Position numbers and translations under genes: made by a program. Below are positions 48,961 through 60,074 of a stretch of DNA of 64,000 nucleotides, one piece after another. A model generated the notes under the pieces. It saw nothing but the letters and a program-made list of their open reading frames with translations, did not search any database and was not told where the DNA came from. Origin of the DNA: Prevotella sp. (GTDB lineage Bacteria; Bacteroidota; Bacteroidia; Bacteroidales; Bacteroidaceae); NCBI GenBank assembly GCA_045617365.1, contig JAZLIN010000014.1:5208-69207 (forward strand), given 5' to 3'. How positions within the stretch are numbered: the stretch's first letter is position 1; every line of letters begins with the position of its first letter.

Positions 48961-51398
48961 TCTGCTGTTAATTGTATGGTTTTTAATGTAGATAATTCTA
49001 TAGCGTATTCATATATGCCCATATCCTCATATTTCTTGGCAGGTGTCAGCTGCTTGAGAGGTGTAGCGGTACGAACGATTACTGTACCGGTATATGAAGG
49101 GGTGATGCTTGCAGATGCGAGTTTGTTGTCCTTCCACTTTATGTCAACGGTATATCCGCCACGTGCACGGAGTCCCTTGGTATCACCGTTGTGCCATGCG
49201 TCAGGCAGGGCAGGGAGGAGGTGTATGATGGCAGGTGCATTGTCAGCCGACGCATCAGGAGTATACTCTGACTGCATGAGCATCTCTGCTATGCCGGCAG
49301 CTGCACCGAAGTTACCGTCAATCTGGAATGGTGGGTGCGCATCGAAGAGGTTAGGGAATGTGCGTCCGTCAGGATATGCAGCCATTGACTTTCCGTCTTC
49401 CGAAGGGAGGATGCGGAGCATGTTGCGTATGATGCGGAAGGCATGGTTGCCGTCGAGCATACGAGCCCAGAAGTTTATCTTCCATCCCAGACTCCAGCCC
49501 GTAGCCTGATCACCACGCTGATGGAGTGTTACGCCTGCCGCCTTCCACAGGTCAGGAGTGGCAAACGGGGTAATCTGGTGTGATGGGTGCAGACCGTAAA
49601 GATGTGAGATGTGGCGATGCTCGTCGCGTGGATCGTCAAGGTCTTCGCGCCATTCCTGCAACTGTCCGTACTGACCTATCTTCATCTTAGGTATCATGGA
49701 GAGCGCTCTGGTCAGTTTGTCTCTGAATGTTGTCAGTTCCGTTGAGGCAGAGTCCTGCATCATGATGCTGGTAGCGAGGCATGCCTGTGTCAGCACGTCG
49801 CGTACTATCTGGTTGTCCATTGTGCAGCCTGCGGTAACAGGTGTTGACTTACCCTTGCCGCCATGCTCTGGGCTTACTGATGGTATGACGAGAAGTTCGC
49901 CGTCATTCTCTATCATATAGTCCAGGTAGAACTGTGCTGCTCCCTTTAGTATGTCGTAGTTCTCAGCGAGGAATCTCTTGTCACGTGTGTAGAGGTAGTG
50001 CTCCCAGATGTGTGTGGTGAGCCATCCGCCGCCGTTAGGGAACATTCCCCAGTTGGCTCCGTCCACCGGTCCTGCTATTCTCCACAGGTCAGTGTTGTGA
50101 TGCGCCATCCATCCGTGGCAACCATACATTTTCCATGCAGTCTCCTTACCCGTAACGCTGAGGTCTTTGATCATGCTGAAGAGCGGTTCGGTGGTCTCAG
50201 TGAGTCCGCATACCTCTGCCGGCCAGTAGTTCATCTCCGCATTGATGTTGATAGTGTATTTCGAGTCCCACGGAGCGTTCTTCTTATCGTTCCATACACC
50301 CTGGAGGTTGGCAGCCTGTCCGCCAGGCTGGCTGGAAGAGATGAGTAGGTAGCGTCCGTAGTTGAAGAGCAGGGATACCATGCCCATATCGTTGCTCTCG
50401 TAGAATGCAGCCAGTCGTTTGTCAGTAGGCAACTGCGCATTGCTGTCGCTTTCCAGCGAGATACTCACACGGTTGTACTGCTTCTGATACTCTGCTATGC
50501 TGCGCTTGAGCAGGTTGTTGTAACCCTTGCTGATGGCAGCATCGAGGAGTGCCTTGTTCTTGGCATCTGCATTGCCGCTGACGTCGTTATAGCTTACGAA
50601 GTTTGTTGCGGCAGAGATATAGAGAGTAGCCTCAGTGCCGTTGGTGATTTGCAGCTGATAGTCTTTTGCTGACACCTTGCCATCGGTATATACCATAGTC
50701 TTGCACTTTGCTGTCAGTGCAGCCTTGATGCCTTCGTGGTCCACACCTTCTATAGTAGCATCCATGACGCCGAGGTGCAGAGGGCGTGCATCGTTGGTCG
50801 AGGTTGTGATTACATCGCTCTTGAACTGACATGTGTGTGACATGTCAAACGACAGTGCTCCCTTCTTGCTTGCCTTGATTTTTACCACGATGATGCCGTC
50901 AGGTATAGAGGCAAATGCCGTGCGTGTATATCTCACTCCGTTGTGTGTGTACGACGTGGTCGAAACGGCATTGGAGAGATCAAGGTCGCGGGTGTAGTTG
51001 GTAGCATTGTCATGACCGAAGTTGAGTTTCAGCGAACCGAGCGTGAGGTACTTCATGCCGTGAGGTCCCTTGATGAACTCGCGGTTGATGATGTTGGCAG
51101 CTTCTCTGTCATTGCCGTCAAGTATCAGTCCTCTCACCTCGTTGAGGTATTGCAGTGAAGATGAACTGTTATTGCTGTGAGGTCCGCCGGACCAGAATGT
51201 CTCTTCGTTGAGTTGTATCTCCTCAGTGGTGGTTCCGCCAAAGAGCATAGCTCCCATGCGGCTGTTGCCGATAGGCAGTGCTTCCAGCCAGATGTTTGCA
51301 GGCTTGTCATACCAGAGTTTCTGACTGTTGTCTGTGTTTGCAGCATTGCCAGTGATGCACATCAGCATTGTAGCAACAAATAGGAAAAATCTATTCAT
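48957..51398 (-). CDS. GH95 alpha-L-fucosidase / alpha-L-galactosidase
   Basis: [73 protein letters not shown]. Confidence 0.95.
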   Translation of the reverse strand: MNRFFLFVATMLMCITGNAANTDNSQKLWYDKPANIWLEALPIGNSRMGAMLFGGTTTEEIQLNEETFWSGGPHSNNSSSSLQYLNEVRGLILDGNDREAANIINREFIKGPHGMKYLTLGSLKLNFGHDNATNYTRDLDLSNAVSTTSYTHNGVRYTRTAFASIPDGIIVVKIKASKKGALSFDMSHTCQFKSDVITTSTNDARPLHLGVMDATIEGVDHEGIKAALTAKCKTMVYTDGKVSAKDYQLQITNGTEATLYISAATNFVSYNDVSGNADAKNKALLDAAISKGYNNLLKRSIAEYQKQYNRVSISLESDSNAQLPTDKRLAAFYESNDMGMVSLLFNYGRYLLISSSQPGGQAANLQGVWNDKKNAPWDSKYTININAEMNYWPAEVCGLTETTEPLFSMIKDLSVTGKETAWKMYGCHGWMAHHNTDLWRIAGPVDGANWGMFPNGGGWLTTHIWEHYLYTRDKRFLAENYDILKGAAQFYLDYMIENDGELLVIPSVSPEHGGKGKSTPVTAGCTMDNQIVRDVLTQACLATSIMMQDSASTELTTFRDKLTRALSMIPKMKIGQYGQLQEWREDLDDPRDEHRHISHLYGLHPSHQITPFATPDLWKAAGVTLHQRGDQATGWSLGWKINFWARMLDGNHAFRIIRNMLRILPSEDGKSMAAYPDGRTFPNLFDAHPPFQIDGNFGAAAGIAEMLMQSEYTPDASADNAPAIIHLLPALPDAWHNGDTKGLRARGGYTVDIKWKDNKLASASITPSYTGTVIVRTATPLKQLTPAKKYEDMGIYEYAIELSTLKTIQLTAE

Positions 51399-51436
51399 TT
51401 CGTTTCTTTGTTAAGTTAACAGATAAAATACGGCTA

Positions 51437-51444
51437 CAAATTTA
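51437..51444 (-). promoter_or_regulatory. -7 element of the GH95-led operon promoter
   Basis: Minus strand TAAATTTG, ~40 bp upstream of the GH95 start. Confidence 0.55.
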
Positions 51445-51757
51445 CAAAAAAAAAATGACATAGAGTTTTTTTCCTGTAACATATAGTTTATTTTTTGTAT
51501 GTTTTGTTACTAATCTCTTTATTCCGCAATGTTACTGCATACGCGCGCCTCACGCTATCAAGCCAATCTTATTTTTACTATCACTTATATCACTAACTAT
51601 GCAAACTTGTTGACTGATAGTGATGTGGGTCTGTTTTGTTACTATTACATTACTATCATTTACTATCACTTGCAATCACTAAGCTCACCAGCCCCTAAGG
51701 GTAGAGTGCTCAAAATCGTCCTTGTATACAGGACTTGGGAGGTATCTCATCATTAGT

Positions 51758-51817
51758 CAATTTTCGCGAAAATTGCTCGTCAAGGTAGCCCTTTTGCAAC
51801 TAATTTTCGCGAAAATT
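51758..51817. repeat. Two copies of the perfect palindrome AATTTTCGCGAAAATT
   Basis: 51758-51775 (18-bp, CAATTTTCGCGAAAATTG) and 51802-51817; centres 43 bp apart. Confidence 0.85.
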
Positions 51818-51991
51818 GGTCAGTCATGTAAAAGATTACTATTAAACATTCATGAAATTCATGTTCTAGCAATAACGAAGTGTTGATGTAATACGAACAC
51901 GAACGATGTATTAGGGTTATGCGAACACGAATCCCTCGAATCTCCCCGCTAGTTTTTTTGTCAAAACGAATTCACGGAATTCACGGAAATG

Positions 51992-52027
51992 AAAAAAGGA
52001 TGATTCTCTTGCGAGAACCATCCTTTT
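51992..52027 (-). terminator. Intrinsic terminator after serA
   Basis: Minus strand AAAAGGATGGTTCTC-GCAA-GAGAATCATCC-TTTTTT. Confidence 0.8.
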
Positions 52028-52047
52028 ATTTTGATGTATGTGTGGTA

Positions 52048-52968
52048 TTACTTGTTTACCTGGAACTTTGTAATGCCCTCGTTGATGTAACCAACGATCT
52101 GGTTAGCAGCAGCGAGGCCAGCGTTTGTGTTTGCCTCTGCAGTCTGCGCACCCATCTTCTTAGGTGTAGAGAAGTAACGGCCCTCGAACTTAGCAAACTC
52201 TGCATCAGCGTCAGGCTTGATGTCAGAGATGTACTTCAGATCCTCACGCTCTGCCATGAGCTTGATGAGTCCAGCCTCGTCGATAACCTCCTTACGTGCG
52301 GTATTGATAAGGATAGCGCCCTTCTTCATAGTGTTGCAGAGGTCGTAGTTGATTGACTGCTTTGTCTCTGCTGTAGCAGGGATGTGAAGAGAAACGATAT
52401 CTGCCTCCTTGAAAAGATCTGCCTGAGAAGCCATAGCCTGTACGCCAGCTGCCTCGATTACGTCTGCTGGGCAGAATGCGTCGTATGCGCAAACCTCCAT
52501 GCCGAAGCCCTTAGCTATGCGAGCTACGTTGCGACCAACGTTACCGAATGCGAGGATGCCGAGCTTCTTACCCATGAGCTCAGAACCAGCCTTGCCATTG
52601 TAGAAGTTACGTACGCAGTAAACGAGGAGACCGAGTACGAGCTCAGCTACAGCGTTAGCGTTCTGACCAGGAGTGTTCATTACTACTACATTGTGTGCTG
52701 TAGCAGCCTCGAGGTCAACATTGTCATAACCAGCACCAGCGCGAACCACAATCTTGAGGTTCTTTGCTGCGTCCATTACCTCTGCATCGATCTTGTCAGA
52801 ACGGATGATGATAGCGTCAACGTCAGCTACTGCTGCGAGGAGCTGTGCCTTCTCTGTATATTTCTCCAGAAGAGCGAGTTCGAAACCAGCCTTCTCTATG
52901 ATTTCCTTGATGCCAGCTACTGCAGGTGCAGCAAAAGGCTTTTCTGTTGCAATTAATACTTTAGCCAT
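52048..52968 (-). CDS. serA: D-3-phosphoglycerate dehydrogenase (short Bacteroidota type)
   Basis: IIRSD, VVRAGAGYDNVDL, NTPGQNANAVAE, ILAFGNVG, INTARKE; downstream of serC. Confidence 0.9.
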   Translation of the reverse strand: MAKVLIATEKPFAAPAVAGIKEIIEKAGFELALLEKYTEKAQLLAAVADVDAIIIRSDKIDAEVMDAAKNLKIVVRAGAGYDNVDLEAATAHNVVVMNTPGQNANAVAELVLGLLVYCVRNFYNGKAGSELMGKKLGILAFGNVGRNVARIAKGFGMEVCAYDAFCPADVIEAAGVQAMASQADLFKEADIVSLHIPATAETKQSINYDLCNTMKKGAILINTARKEVIDEAGLIKLMAEREDLKYISDIKPDADAEFAKFEGRYFSTPKKMGAQTAEANTNAGLAAANQIVGYINEGITKFQVNK

Positions 52969-52994
52969 TTTATTCTTTTATTATTTTACCAAGT

Positions 52995-53031
52995 TATCCT
53001 AGAGATTCTACAGAATAGAAAATCTAGGATA
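52995..53031. other. Intergenic hairpin between serC and serA
   Basis: TATCCTAGA / TCTAGGATA arms plus inner TTCTA/TAGAA. Confidence 0.45.
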
Positions 53032-53061
53032 GCTTTTGTTATTACTATTAATGTATATGGA

Positions 53062-54129
53062 TTAGTGCTGAGCCTCGAACTCCTTCATGCAAGCAACGAG
53101 AGCCTCGCAACCTTCGATAGACATAGCGTTGTAGCAAGATGCGCGGAAACCACCTACGTCGCGGTGACCCTTAACACCTACCATACCCTTAGATGTAGCG
53201 AATGCCATGAACTCATCCTGGAGCTCCTGATACTCTGGCTTGAGTACGAATGTGAGGTTCATGAGTGAACGGCTGTCCTCCTCAGCTGTACCTACGAAGA
53301 GCTTGTTGCGGTCAATCTCACCGTAAACGATCTCTGCACGCTGCCTAGCGAGCTTGTCCATAGCCTCAACACCGCCGTGAGCCTTGATGTAACGAAGGTT
53401 CATGAGAGCTGAGTAGATAGGCACTACAGGAGGAGTGTTGAACATAGAACCCTTCTTGACGTGTGTGCGGTAGTCAAGCATTGTTGGAATCTGACGGCTA
53501 ACCTTACCGAGAGCGTCTTCCTTAACGATTACGAATGTCACACCTGCCATTGAGAGGTTCTTCTGTGCACCACCGTAGATCATAGCATACTTGCTAACGT
53601 CAACAGGACGTGAGAGAATGTCAGAAGACATATCTGCGATCAATGGAACTGGTGAGTCGATATCCTTACGAATCTCTGTACCGTAGATGGTATTGTTAGA
53701 AGTGATGTGGAAATAGTCAGCGTCTGTTGGGATAGTGAAATCCTTAGGAATGTATGTGAAGTTCTTGTCAGCAGATGATGCTACCTCTACTACCTCACCG
53801 AAGAGCTTAGCTTCCTTCATAGCCTTTGTTGCCCATACACCTGTGTTGAGGTATGCAGCCTTCTTCTCAAGGAAGTTGAAAGGAACCATGCAGAACTCAA
53901 GCGAAGCACCGCCGCCGAGGAAGAGAACCTTGTATCCCTCTGGGATGTCGAGGAGCTCCTTGAAGAGAGCCTCTGCCTCATCTACTACTGGCTGGAAATT
54001 CTTTGCGCGGTGGCTGATTTCCATAAGAGAAAGTCCTGAATTGTCAAAGTCAAGACATGCTGCTGCGGTCTGCTCGATTACCTCGCGTGGGAGGATAGAA
54101 GGACCTGCGTTAAAATTGTACTTCTTCAT
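53062..54129 (-). CDS. serC: Phosphoserine aminotransferase
   Basis: [35 protein letters not shown] (PLP Lys), [12 protein letters not shown]. Confidence 0.97.
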   Translation of the reverse strand: MKKYNFNAGPSILPREVIEQTAAACLDFDNSGLSLMEISHRAKNFQPVVDEAEALFKELLDIPEGYKVLFLGGGASLEFCMVPFNFLEKKAAYLNTGVWATKAMKEAKLFGEVVEVASSADKNFTYIPKDFTIPTDADYFHITSNNTIYGTEIRKDIDSPVPLIADMSSDILSRPVDVSKYAMIYGGAQKNLSMAGVTFVIVKEDALGKVSRQIPTMLDYRTHVKKGSMFNTPPVVPIYSALMNLRYIKAHGGVEAMDKLARQRAEIVYGEIDRNKLFVGTAEEDSRSLMNLTFVLKPEYQELQDEFMAFATSKGMVGVKGHRDVGGFRASCYNAMSIEGCEALVACMKEFEAQH

Positions 54130-54182
54130 TTCTTTTTATTGTTATAAAGTTCTAATTTGTTTTGCTTTTTATTTACCAAGTG

Positions 54183-54190
54183 CAAAGGTA
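54183..54190 (-). promoter_or_regulatory. -7 element of the serC promoter
   Basis: Minus strand TACCTTTG(CA). Confidence 0.55.
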
Positions 54191-54269
54191 GTAATTAATT
54201 ATGAAATAAACGAATGAAATTGCACAAATTTCAAAAGTTGCGCATTATTTATCACTTTTTTTTGCTTTT

Positions 54270-55217
54270 TTATGACATAATGACAACTAAACTTGCCAAA
54301 ATACCGAAAACAAAAATGTTTCTTGCCGTTTTTCCTAACACTTTGTTAAGTTCACGTCCCTGGGAGATTCTGCGCATCTTATTCCATGTGTCTATGTGCA
54401 GGAAATATATGCCGAATGATATTATCATATTGAAATTGGTCCATCCGTATTGCCACAATAATAATATTTCGGCCATCGGTACGAGTGACAGATACATCCA
54501 CTCAGTCTTCTCCTTGCCTATCATAGTGACAAGGGTGTGCTTGCCTGAGTGACGGTCATTGTCTATATCGCGGTAGTTGTTTACTATCAGGAGTGTATCT
54601 ACCACTAGTCCGCATGCTGTGCCCGTGAGCCACGGCATGTTGGAGAAAGTCTGTAGTGATGGTGGTACTACTACATAATATGTAAAGCAGACGGGTACGA
54701 TGCCGAAGAATACAAGAACCAGAAGGTCGCCCATACCTATGCTTGCCATGCAGACTGTATAGAGGAAGCAGAATAACAGACAGGCGGCGCCAACGATGAT
54801 GAGTTCGTATCCTCCGAACAGTATTAGTGGCGTACCCACTATGGCTGCCAGTCCGGCGGTGATGGCTATGGCGATGCGCATGGCGCGGAGTGTGACCCAT
54901 CCCTGCTGGCAGGCTCTGAGCGGACCGAGGCGTTCCTCATTGTCCTTGCCCTTGACAAAGTCGAAATAGTCATTGACGAAGTTGGACTCTATCTGCATGA
55001 CCAGTGCGAAAAGCACGCAGAGTAGCGCTGCGACGATGCTGTCTATATGACAGCCTTTGCCCAGCACGCTGTCTGCTACAGATCCGGCTGAGGTGAAACA
55101 GGTGCCCTGGGTGGAATGGTATGCGCATGCTATGCCCAGCATGACAGGGACGAGTGCACCAGTAAGTGTCTTGGGACGGGCGGCGAGCATCCATGCTCTC
55201 CAGGAGTTGCGTTTCAT
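54270..55217 (-). CDS. menA: 1,4-dihydroxy-2-naphthoate octaprenyltransferase
   Basis: WMLAARPKTL, NFVNDYFDF, NNYRDIDND...GKHTL; multiple TM segments. Confidence 0.93.
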   Translation of the reverse strand: MKRNSWRAWMLAARPKTLTGALVPVMLGIACAYHSTQGTCFTSAGSVADSVLGKGCHIDSIVAALLCVLFALVMQIESNFVNDYFDFVKGKDNEERLGPLRACQQGWVTLRAMRIAIAITAGLAAIVGTPLILFGGYELIIVGAACLLFCFLYTVCMASIGMGDLLVLVFFGIVPVCFTYYVVVPPSLQTFSNMPWLTGTACGLVVDTLLIVNNYRDIDNDRHSGKHTLVTMIGKEKTEWMYLSLVPMAEILLLWQYGWTNFNMIISFGIYFLHIDTWNKMRRISQGRELNKVLGKTARNIFVFGILASLVVIMS

Positions 55218-55218
55218 G

Positions 55219-55854
55219 TTAATGTTTATCAGCATATTCTGAGAATATCTTATCGAAGTGTTTGCGCAGCTCCAGCCTGTTGGCTATTATCTGTCGCAGT
55301 TGTTGTAGGTTTTCTTCGTTTTCCGAACCTTGAATCCAGAGTTTGACATATCCATTGCTGGAGTATTTTTGTTCCATGTGCTCGGCAAATCTCTGCCAGT
55401 GTTCCTGTGGGGACATCTGCGGATAGTTGTCTAATCCGAAGAGGACTGTTCTGCGGAATACTGTCTCGGGTCTCAGGTCACGGTCTGCCTCTGCCACTAT
55501 GCGTCCGTAGATGGAACGTGGCGCGCGTGATGCTGAGGCACGATGGTCTTCTACTGCCTGTGCCATGATTTCTATCTGCTGTGCAGAGAACCATCGTTCC
55601 AGTCGTTTGTCAGCGCGCAGTATCTTGCCGCTAGTGAGATGGTGTATGGCGCGATGCCCTTCCAGTCCGAGGTCGTGGTATGCGGCTATGACGTATGCCA
55701 TATCGCTGTCTGCACATAATTTGCGGGCAAGCTTCATAGAGTTTCTGATGACGCTGACGGCATGCTCCATATTATGCGCAGAATCGAACGCAGCATACTT
55801 TGGGAGTATGTTGCGCTCGATAAATTCCATCAAATCAAGTTGGACTTGATTCAT
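55219..55854 (-). CDS. HD domain phosphohydrolase
   Basis: AH...IAAYHDLG, HH, EDHRAS, IVAEADRD. Confidence 0.88.
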   Translation of the reverse strand: MNQVQLDLMEFIERNILPKYAAFDSAHNMEHAVSVIRNSMKLARKLCADSDMAYVIAAYHDLGLEGHRAIHHLTSGKILRADKRLERWFSAQQIEIMAQAVEDHRASASRAPRSIYGRIVAEADRDLRPETVFRRTVLFGLDNYPQMSPQEHWQRFAEHMEQKYSSNGYVKLWIQGSENEENLQQLRQIIANRLELRKHFDKIFSEYADKH

Positions 55855-55855
55855 A

Positions 55856-56740
55856 TTACAGTTTTAAATCCTTAAGAACCTGTGCTATTTTCTGACGGGT
55901 GGTGAGTCTTGTTGGGACAAGTGGGAGGCGAAGAATATTCTTCAGCAGTCCCATCTCGTTCATCAGGGCTTTCACACCTGCAGGGTTTCCATCCACGAAG
56001 AGAAGGCTATAGAGGTCGGTGAACTTGTGGTGAATCTTCTGTGCAGCACCAAATTCGCCATTGAACTCAAGTCTTATCATGCGTGAGAACTCCTTAGGGA
56101 GTGCATTGCCTATAACCGAGATAACACCTACGGCGCCTGTAGCTATCATGTGGAATGTGATAGCATCGTCACCCGAGAGAACCTCGAAGTCTGCTGGCTT
56201 GAGTTTGATAATCTCATCCACCTGCTCTATTGAACCGCTTGCTTCCTTGATGGCAACGATGTTGTCACAGTCAGCAGCCAGTCGGCATGTGGTCTCTGGC
56301 TTGAGGTTGATACCTGTTCTGCCAGGAACGTTATACAGCACTATAGGCAAAGTTGTTGCATTGGCAATAGCTTTGAAATGCTGGTACAGTCCTTCCTGTG
56401 AAGGCTTGTTGTAGTATGGACATACAGACAACAGACCGTCGATACCGCTCATGTCGTATGTCTTGCACATTTCAACTACGGCAGCAGTGTTATTGCCACC
56501 ACAACCCATCAGGAGAGGTACACGGCCTGCTACCTGCTTTACAATGAATTGCTTAACCTTATAGTGCTCTTCGGAAGAGAGACATGGGGTCTCTCCAGTC
56601 GTTGCGAGAATACAAAGGAAGTCGGCATCATTGTTGAGTTGGTAATCTATGATAGATGCCAACGACTCGTAGTCCACACTTCCATCTTCGTTGAATGGAG
56701 TAACGAGTGCTATGCCTAAGCCACGAAAAATGTTTTGCAT
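55856..56740 (-). CDS. dapA: 4-hydroxy-tetrahydrodipicolinate synthase
   Basis: ALVTPF, ATTGE, PYYNKPSQEGL, LYNVPGRTG, AIKEASG, LSGDD. Confidence 0.96.
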   Translation of the reverse strand: MQNIFRGLGIALVTPFNEDGSVDYESLASIIDYQLNNDADFLCILATTGETPCLSSEEHYKVKQFIVKQVAGRVPLLMGCGGNNTAAVVEMCKTYDMSGIDGLLSVCPYYNKPSQEGLYQHFKAIANATTLPIVLYNVPGRTGINLKPETTCRLAADCDNIVAIKEASGSIEQVDEIIKLKPADFEVLSGDDAITFHMIATGAVGVISVIGNALPKEFSRMIRLEFNGEFGAAQKIHHKFTDLYSLLFVDGNPAGVKALMNEMGLLKNILRLPLVPTRLTTRQKIAQVLKDLKL

Positions 56741-56778
56741 ATATTTATATTTGTTTTTAAAAGCTGTTTGTCAACACC

Positions 56779-59700
56779 TTACTTATATTCCTGCCATGGC
56801 TTGATAGCAATTTCATCCAGTGGCATAGTGCAGAATGCATTGATGAATGCTGAAGCGAGGCGGCTATTGGTAATCAATGGAATATTGAGGTCGATAGCTG
56901 CACGTCTGATCTTGTATCCGTTGTCAAGTTCGTGAACGGTGAGATTTCTTGGTATGTTGACAACCATGTCGATTTCCTTGTTGTGCAACATATCAAGTGC
57001 CTGAGGCTGGCGATCTTCCTCTGATGGCCAGAAGACCTCGGTGCTGTCGATGTTATTCTCCTTAAGGAATGTGTGCGTACCACTTGTAGCGTAAAGCTGG
57101 TAGCCGTGATCTACGAGCATCTTTGCGGCATCGAGCATCTCTGCCTTCTGCTTAGTGGAACCTGTAGAGAGGAGAATGTTCTTCTCTGGAATCTTATGAC
57201 CAACGGAAAGCATAGCCTTCAGAAGGGCACAAGAGGTGTCCTGACCGATACAGCCTACCTCACCTGTAGAAGCCATGTCAACGCCGAGGACTGGGTCTGC
57301 CTTCTGCAGACGGTTGAATGAGAACTGGCTGGCCTTGATACCTACGTAGTCAAGGTCGAAGAGGTTCTTGTTTGGCTTCTCGAATGGTACGCCCAGCATA
57401 ATCTTGGTAGCAAGGTCAATGAGGTTGAACTTGAGTACCTTGGATACGAATGGGAACGAACGTGATGCACGGAGGTTTGTCTCAATGACGAGGATGTCAT
57501 TGTCCTTGGCCATATACTGGCAGTTGAATGGGCCAGAGATATGGAGCTCCTTGGCAATCTGCTTGGTGATACGCTTGATACGACGTACAGTCTCCACATA
57601 CAGTTTCTGTGGTGGGAACTGCAGGGTAGCGTCGCCTGAGTGTACACCGGCGAACTCTACGTGCTCTGAAATTGCATATGCAATAATCTCACCATCCTTG
57701 GCTACACCATCAAAGTCAATCTCCTTAGCGTGTTCAATGAACTTACTAACAACTACAGGGTGTTCAGAACTGATGTTGGCTGCCAGCTGCAGGAACTTCT
57801 CAAGCTCCTCACGGTTAGAACATACATTCATAGCAGCACCTGAGAGTACGTATGATGGACGTACGAGGACAGGGAATCCTACCTTCTCGATGAAGGCGTC
57901 GATGTCAGCCATGGATGTAAGGGCAGCCCAGTCAGGCTGATCTACACCGATGCGGTTGAGCATAGAAGAGAAGAGTGCACGGTCCTCACAGTTGTCGATG
58001 TCCTTTGCGGTGGTACCGAGTATAGGCACGTTCTGCTCATCAAGCTTCATGGCGAGGTTGTTAGGTATCTGACCACCTGTAGAAACAATGACGCCATGAG
58101 GATTCTCAAGGTCGAGGATATCCATTACACGCTCGAATGTGAGTTCGTCGAAGTAGAGACGGTCACACATATCGTAGTCGGTAGATACTGTCTCTGGATT
58201 ATAATTGATCATAACAGAACGATATCCCTGCTTGCGTATAGTGTTGAGTGCCTGTACGCCACACCAGTCAAACTCTACAGATGAACCGATACGGTATGCA
58301 CCTGAACCAAGTACAACGATTGACTTCTTGTCATTCTCGTACTTGATGTCGCTGGCTACACCTGCGTATGTAACGTAGAGGTAGTTGGTCTGTGCTGGAT
58401 ATTCTGCAGCGAGTGTATCGATCTGCTTGACTACAGGAACGATGTTATAGCTCTTTCTGAATGCGCGGACTGTCAGAGCAGCCTTGTGCATATTGCCCAG
58501 CTCCTTGTCGAGACCTACTGCACGTGCGATCTGGAAGTCTGTGAAACCATATACCTTGGCTGTGCGGAGGAGTTCCTTGTCAAGTGAGTTGATTGACTTG
58601 CTCTTCTCCATTTCATCATCGATGTCAACGATGTGCTGGAGTTTCTCAAGGAACCACTTATCGATCTTTGTCATTTCATGAATCTGATCGACATTATATA
58701 TCTTGCGCTTGAGTGCCTTGGCAATGACGAAGATACGCTTATCTGTAGGTGCCTTGAGAGCTGCTTCGATATCGTCAATCTGGAGTACCTTGTTTTCTAC
58801 GAATCCGTGCATACCCTGACCGATCATACGCAGACCTTTCTGGATTGCTTCCTCGAAGTTGCGACCGATGGCCATGACCTCACCGACAGACTTCATAGAA
58901 GAACCGAGTTCCTTATCTACGCCACGGAACTTGGAGAGGTCCCAGCGTGGTATCTTACATACTACATAGTCCAGGGCTGGCTCGAAGAATGCTGATGTGG
59001 TCTTTGTGACGGAGTTCTTGAGTTCGAAGAGACCGTAACCCATGCCGAGTTTTGCAGCAACGAAAGCGAGAGGATAGCCTGTAGCCTTTGATGCTAGGGC
59101 AGATGAACGGCTGAGACGTGCGTTAACCTCGATGACGCGGTAGTCCTCTGACTGAGGGTCGAAAGCGTACTGCACATTACACTCACCGACGATGCCGATG
59201 TGACGGATAATCTTGATTGCCAATGCGCGGAGCTTATGATACTCAGCATTGGTAAGGGTCTGTGAAGGTGCGATAACGATTGACTCACCGGTATGGATGC
59301 CCAATGGGTCGAAGTTTTCCATGTTACACACTGTGATACAGTTGTCGTAACGATCACGTACTACCTCATACTCAACCTCTTTCCATCCCTTGAGTGACTT
59401 CTCTACAAGTACCTGTGGAGAGAAAGAGAATGCCTTCTCTGCAAGTTTGTTGAGTTCTGTTTCATTATCGCAGAAACCTGATCCCAATCCGCCGAGTGCG
59501 TATGCCGCACGAATGATGACAGGGTAGCCCAGTTCTGTAGCTGCCTTTCTTGCCTCCTCAATGTTTTCACATGCCTGCGACTTGATGGTCTTGACATTGA
59601 TTTCGTCAAGTTTCTGAACGAAGAGTTCACGGTCTTCTGTATCCATGATAGCCTGAACAGGTGTACCGAGAACCTTTACGTTGTATTTCTCCAGAATGCC

Positions 59701-60012
59701 ATTCTGGTAAAGTTCAACACCGCAGTTGAGGGCTGTCTGACCACCGAATGCGAGAAGTATGCCGTCAGGCTGCTCTTCCTGGATGACACGCTCTACGAAA
59801 TAAGGTGTTACAGGGAGGAAATATACCTTGTCGGCTACACCTTCTGATGTCTGAACGGTAGCGATATTCGGATTGATAAGTACAGTCTCGACACCTTCTT
59901 CGCGTAATGCTTTCAGTGCCTGCGAACCAGAATAGTCGAATTCACCTGCTTCACCTATCTTTAATGCTCCAGAACCAAGAAGGAGCACTTTCTTTATATT
60001 TTCGTCTTTCAT
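56779..60012 (-). CDS. carB: Carbamoyl-phosphate synthase large subunit
   Basis: LGSGALKIGEAGEFDYSG, IEVNARLSRSSALASKATGYP, YRIGSSVEFDW, MGS domain. Confidence 0.98.
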   Translation of the reverse strand: MKDENIKKVLLLGSGALKIGEAGEFDYSGSQALKALREEGVETVLINPNIATVQTSEGVADKVYFLPVTPYFVERVIQEEQPDGILLAFGGQTALNCGVELYQNGILEKYNVKVLGTPVQAIMDTEDRELFVQKLDEINVKTIKSQACENIEEARKAATELGYPVIIRAAYALGGLGSGFCDNETELNKLAEKAFSFSPQVLVEKSLKGWKEVEYEVVRDRYDNCITVCNMENFDPLGIHTGESIVIAPSQTLTNAEYHKLRALAIKIIRHIGIVGECNVQYAFDPQSEDYRVIEVNARLSRSSALASKATGYPLAFVAAKLGMGYGLFELKNSVTKTTSAFFEPALDYVVCKIPRWDLSKFRGVDKELGSSMKSVGEVMAIGRNFEEAIQKGLRMIGQGMHGFVENKVLQIDDIEAALKAPTDKRIFVIAKALKRKIYNVDQIHEMTKIDKWFLEKLQHIVDIDDEMEKSKSINSLDKELLRTAKVYGFTDFQIARAVGLDKELGNMHKAALTVRAFRKSYNIVPVVKQIDTLAAEYPAQTNYLYVTYAGVASDIKYENDKKSIVVLGSGAYRIGSSVEFDWCGVQALNTIRKQGYRSVMINYNPETVSTDYDMCDRLYFDELTFERVMDILDLENPHGVIVSTGGQIPNNLAMKLDEQNVPILGTTAKDIDNCEDRALFSSMLNRIGVDQPDWAALTSMADIDAFIEKVGFPVLVRPSYVLSGAAMNVCSNREELEKFLQLAANISSEHPVVVSKFIEHAKEIDFDGVAKDGEIIAYAISEHVEFAGVHSGDATLQFPPQKLYVETVRRIKRITKQIAKELHISGPFNCQYMAKDNDILVIETNLRASRSFPFVSKVLKFNLIDLATKIMLGVPFEKPNKNLFDLDYVGIKASQFSFNRLQKADPVLGVDMASTGEVGCIGQDTSCALLKAMLSVGHKIPEKNILLSTGSTKQKAEMLDAAKMLVDHGYQLYATSGTHTFLKENNIDSTEVFWPSEEDRQPQALDMLHNKEIDMVVNIPRNLTVHELDNGYKIRRAAIDLNIPLITNSRLASAFINAFCTMPLDEIAIKPWQEYK

Positions 60013-60074
60013 TTTGTGTTGTCTGTTTTATTGTCTTACTTTGTTTTATAGTCTTTAATCCTTCAATGTTTTGA

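Noticed and set aside
7506-51383. Many long antisense or alternate-frame ORFs over PUL genes (e.g. 7724..8812, 23975..25012, 32954..33814, 34975..35847, 46512..47306)
   Set aside because: They fully overlap well-supported genes, show no recognisable motifs, and are expected shadows of biased codon usage.
34182-52997. TACCAAGTTAT shared between 34182-34216 (twice) and 52987-52997
   Set aside because: An 11-bp AT-rich match between unrelated contexts is plausible by chance given how many motifs were compared.
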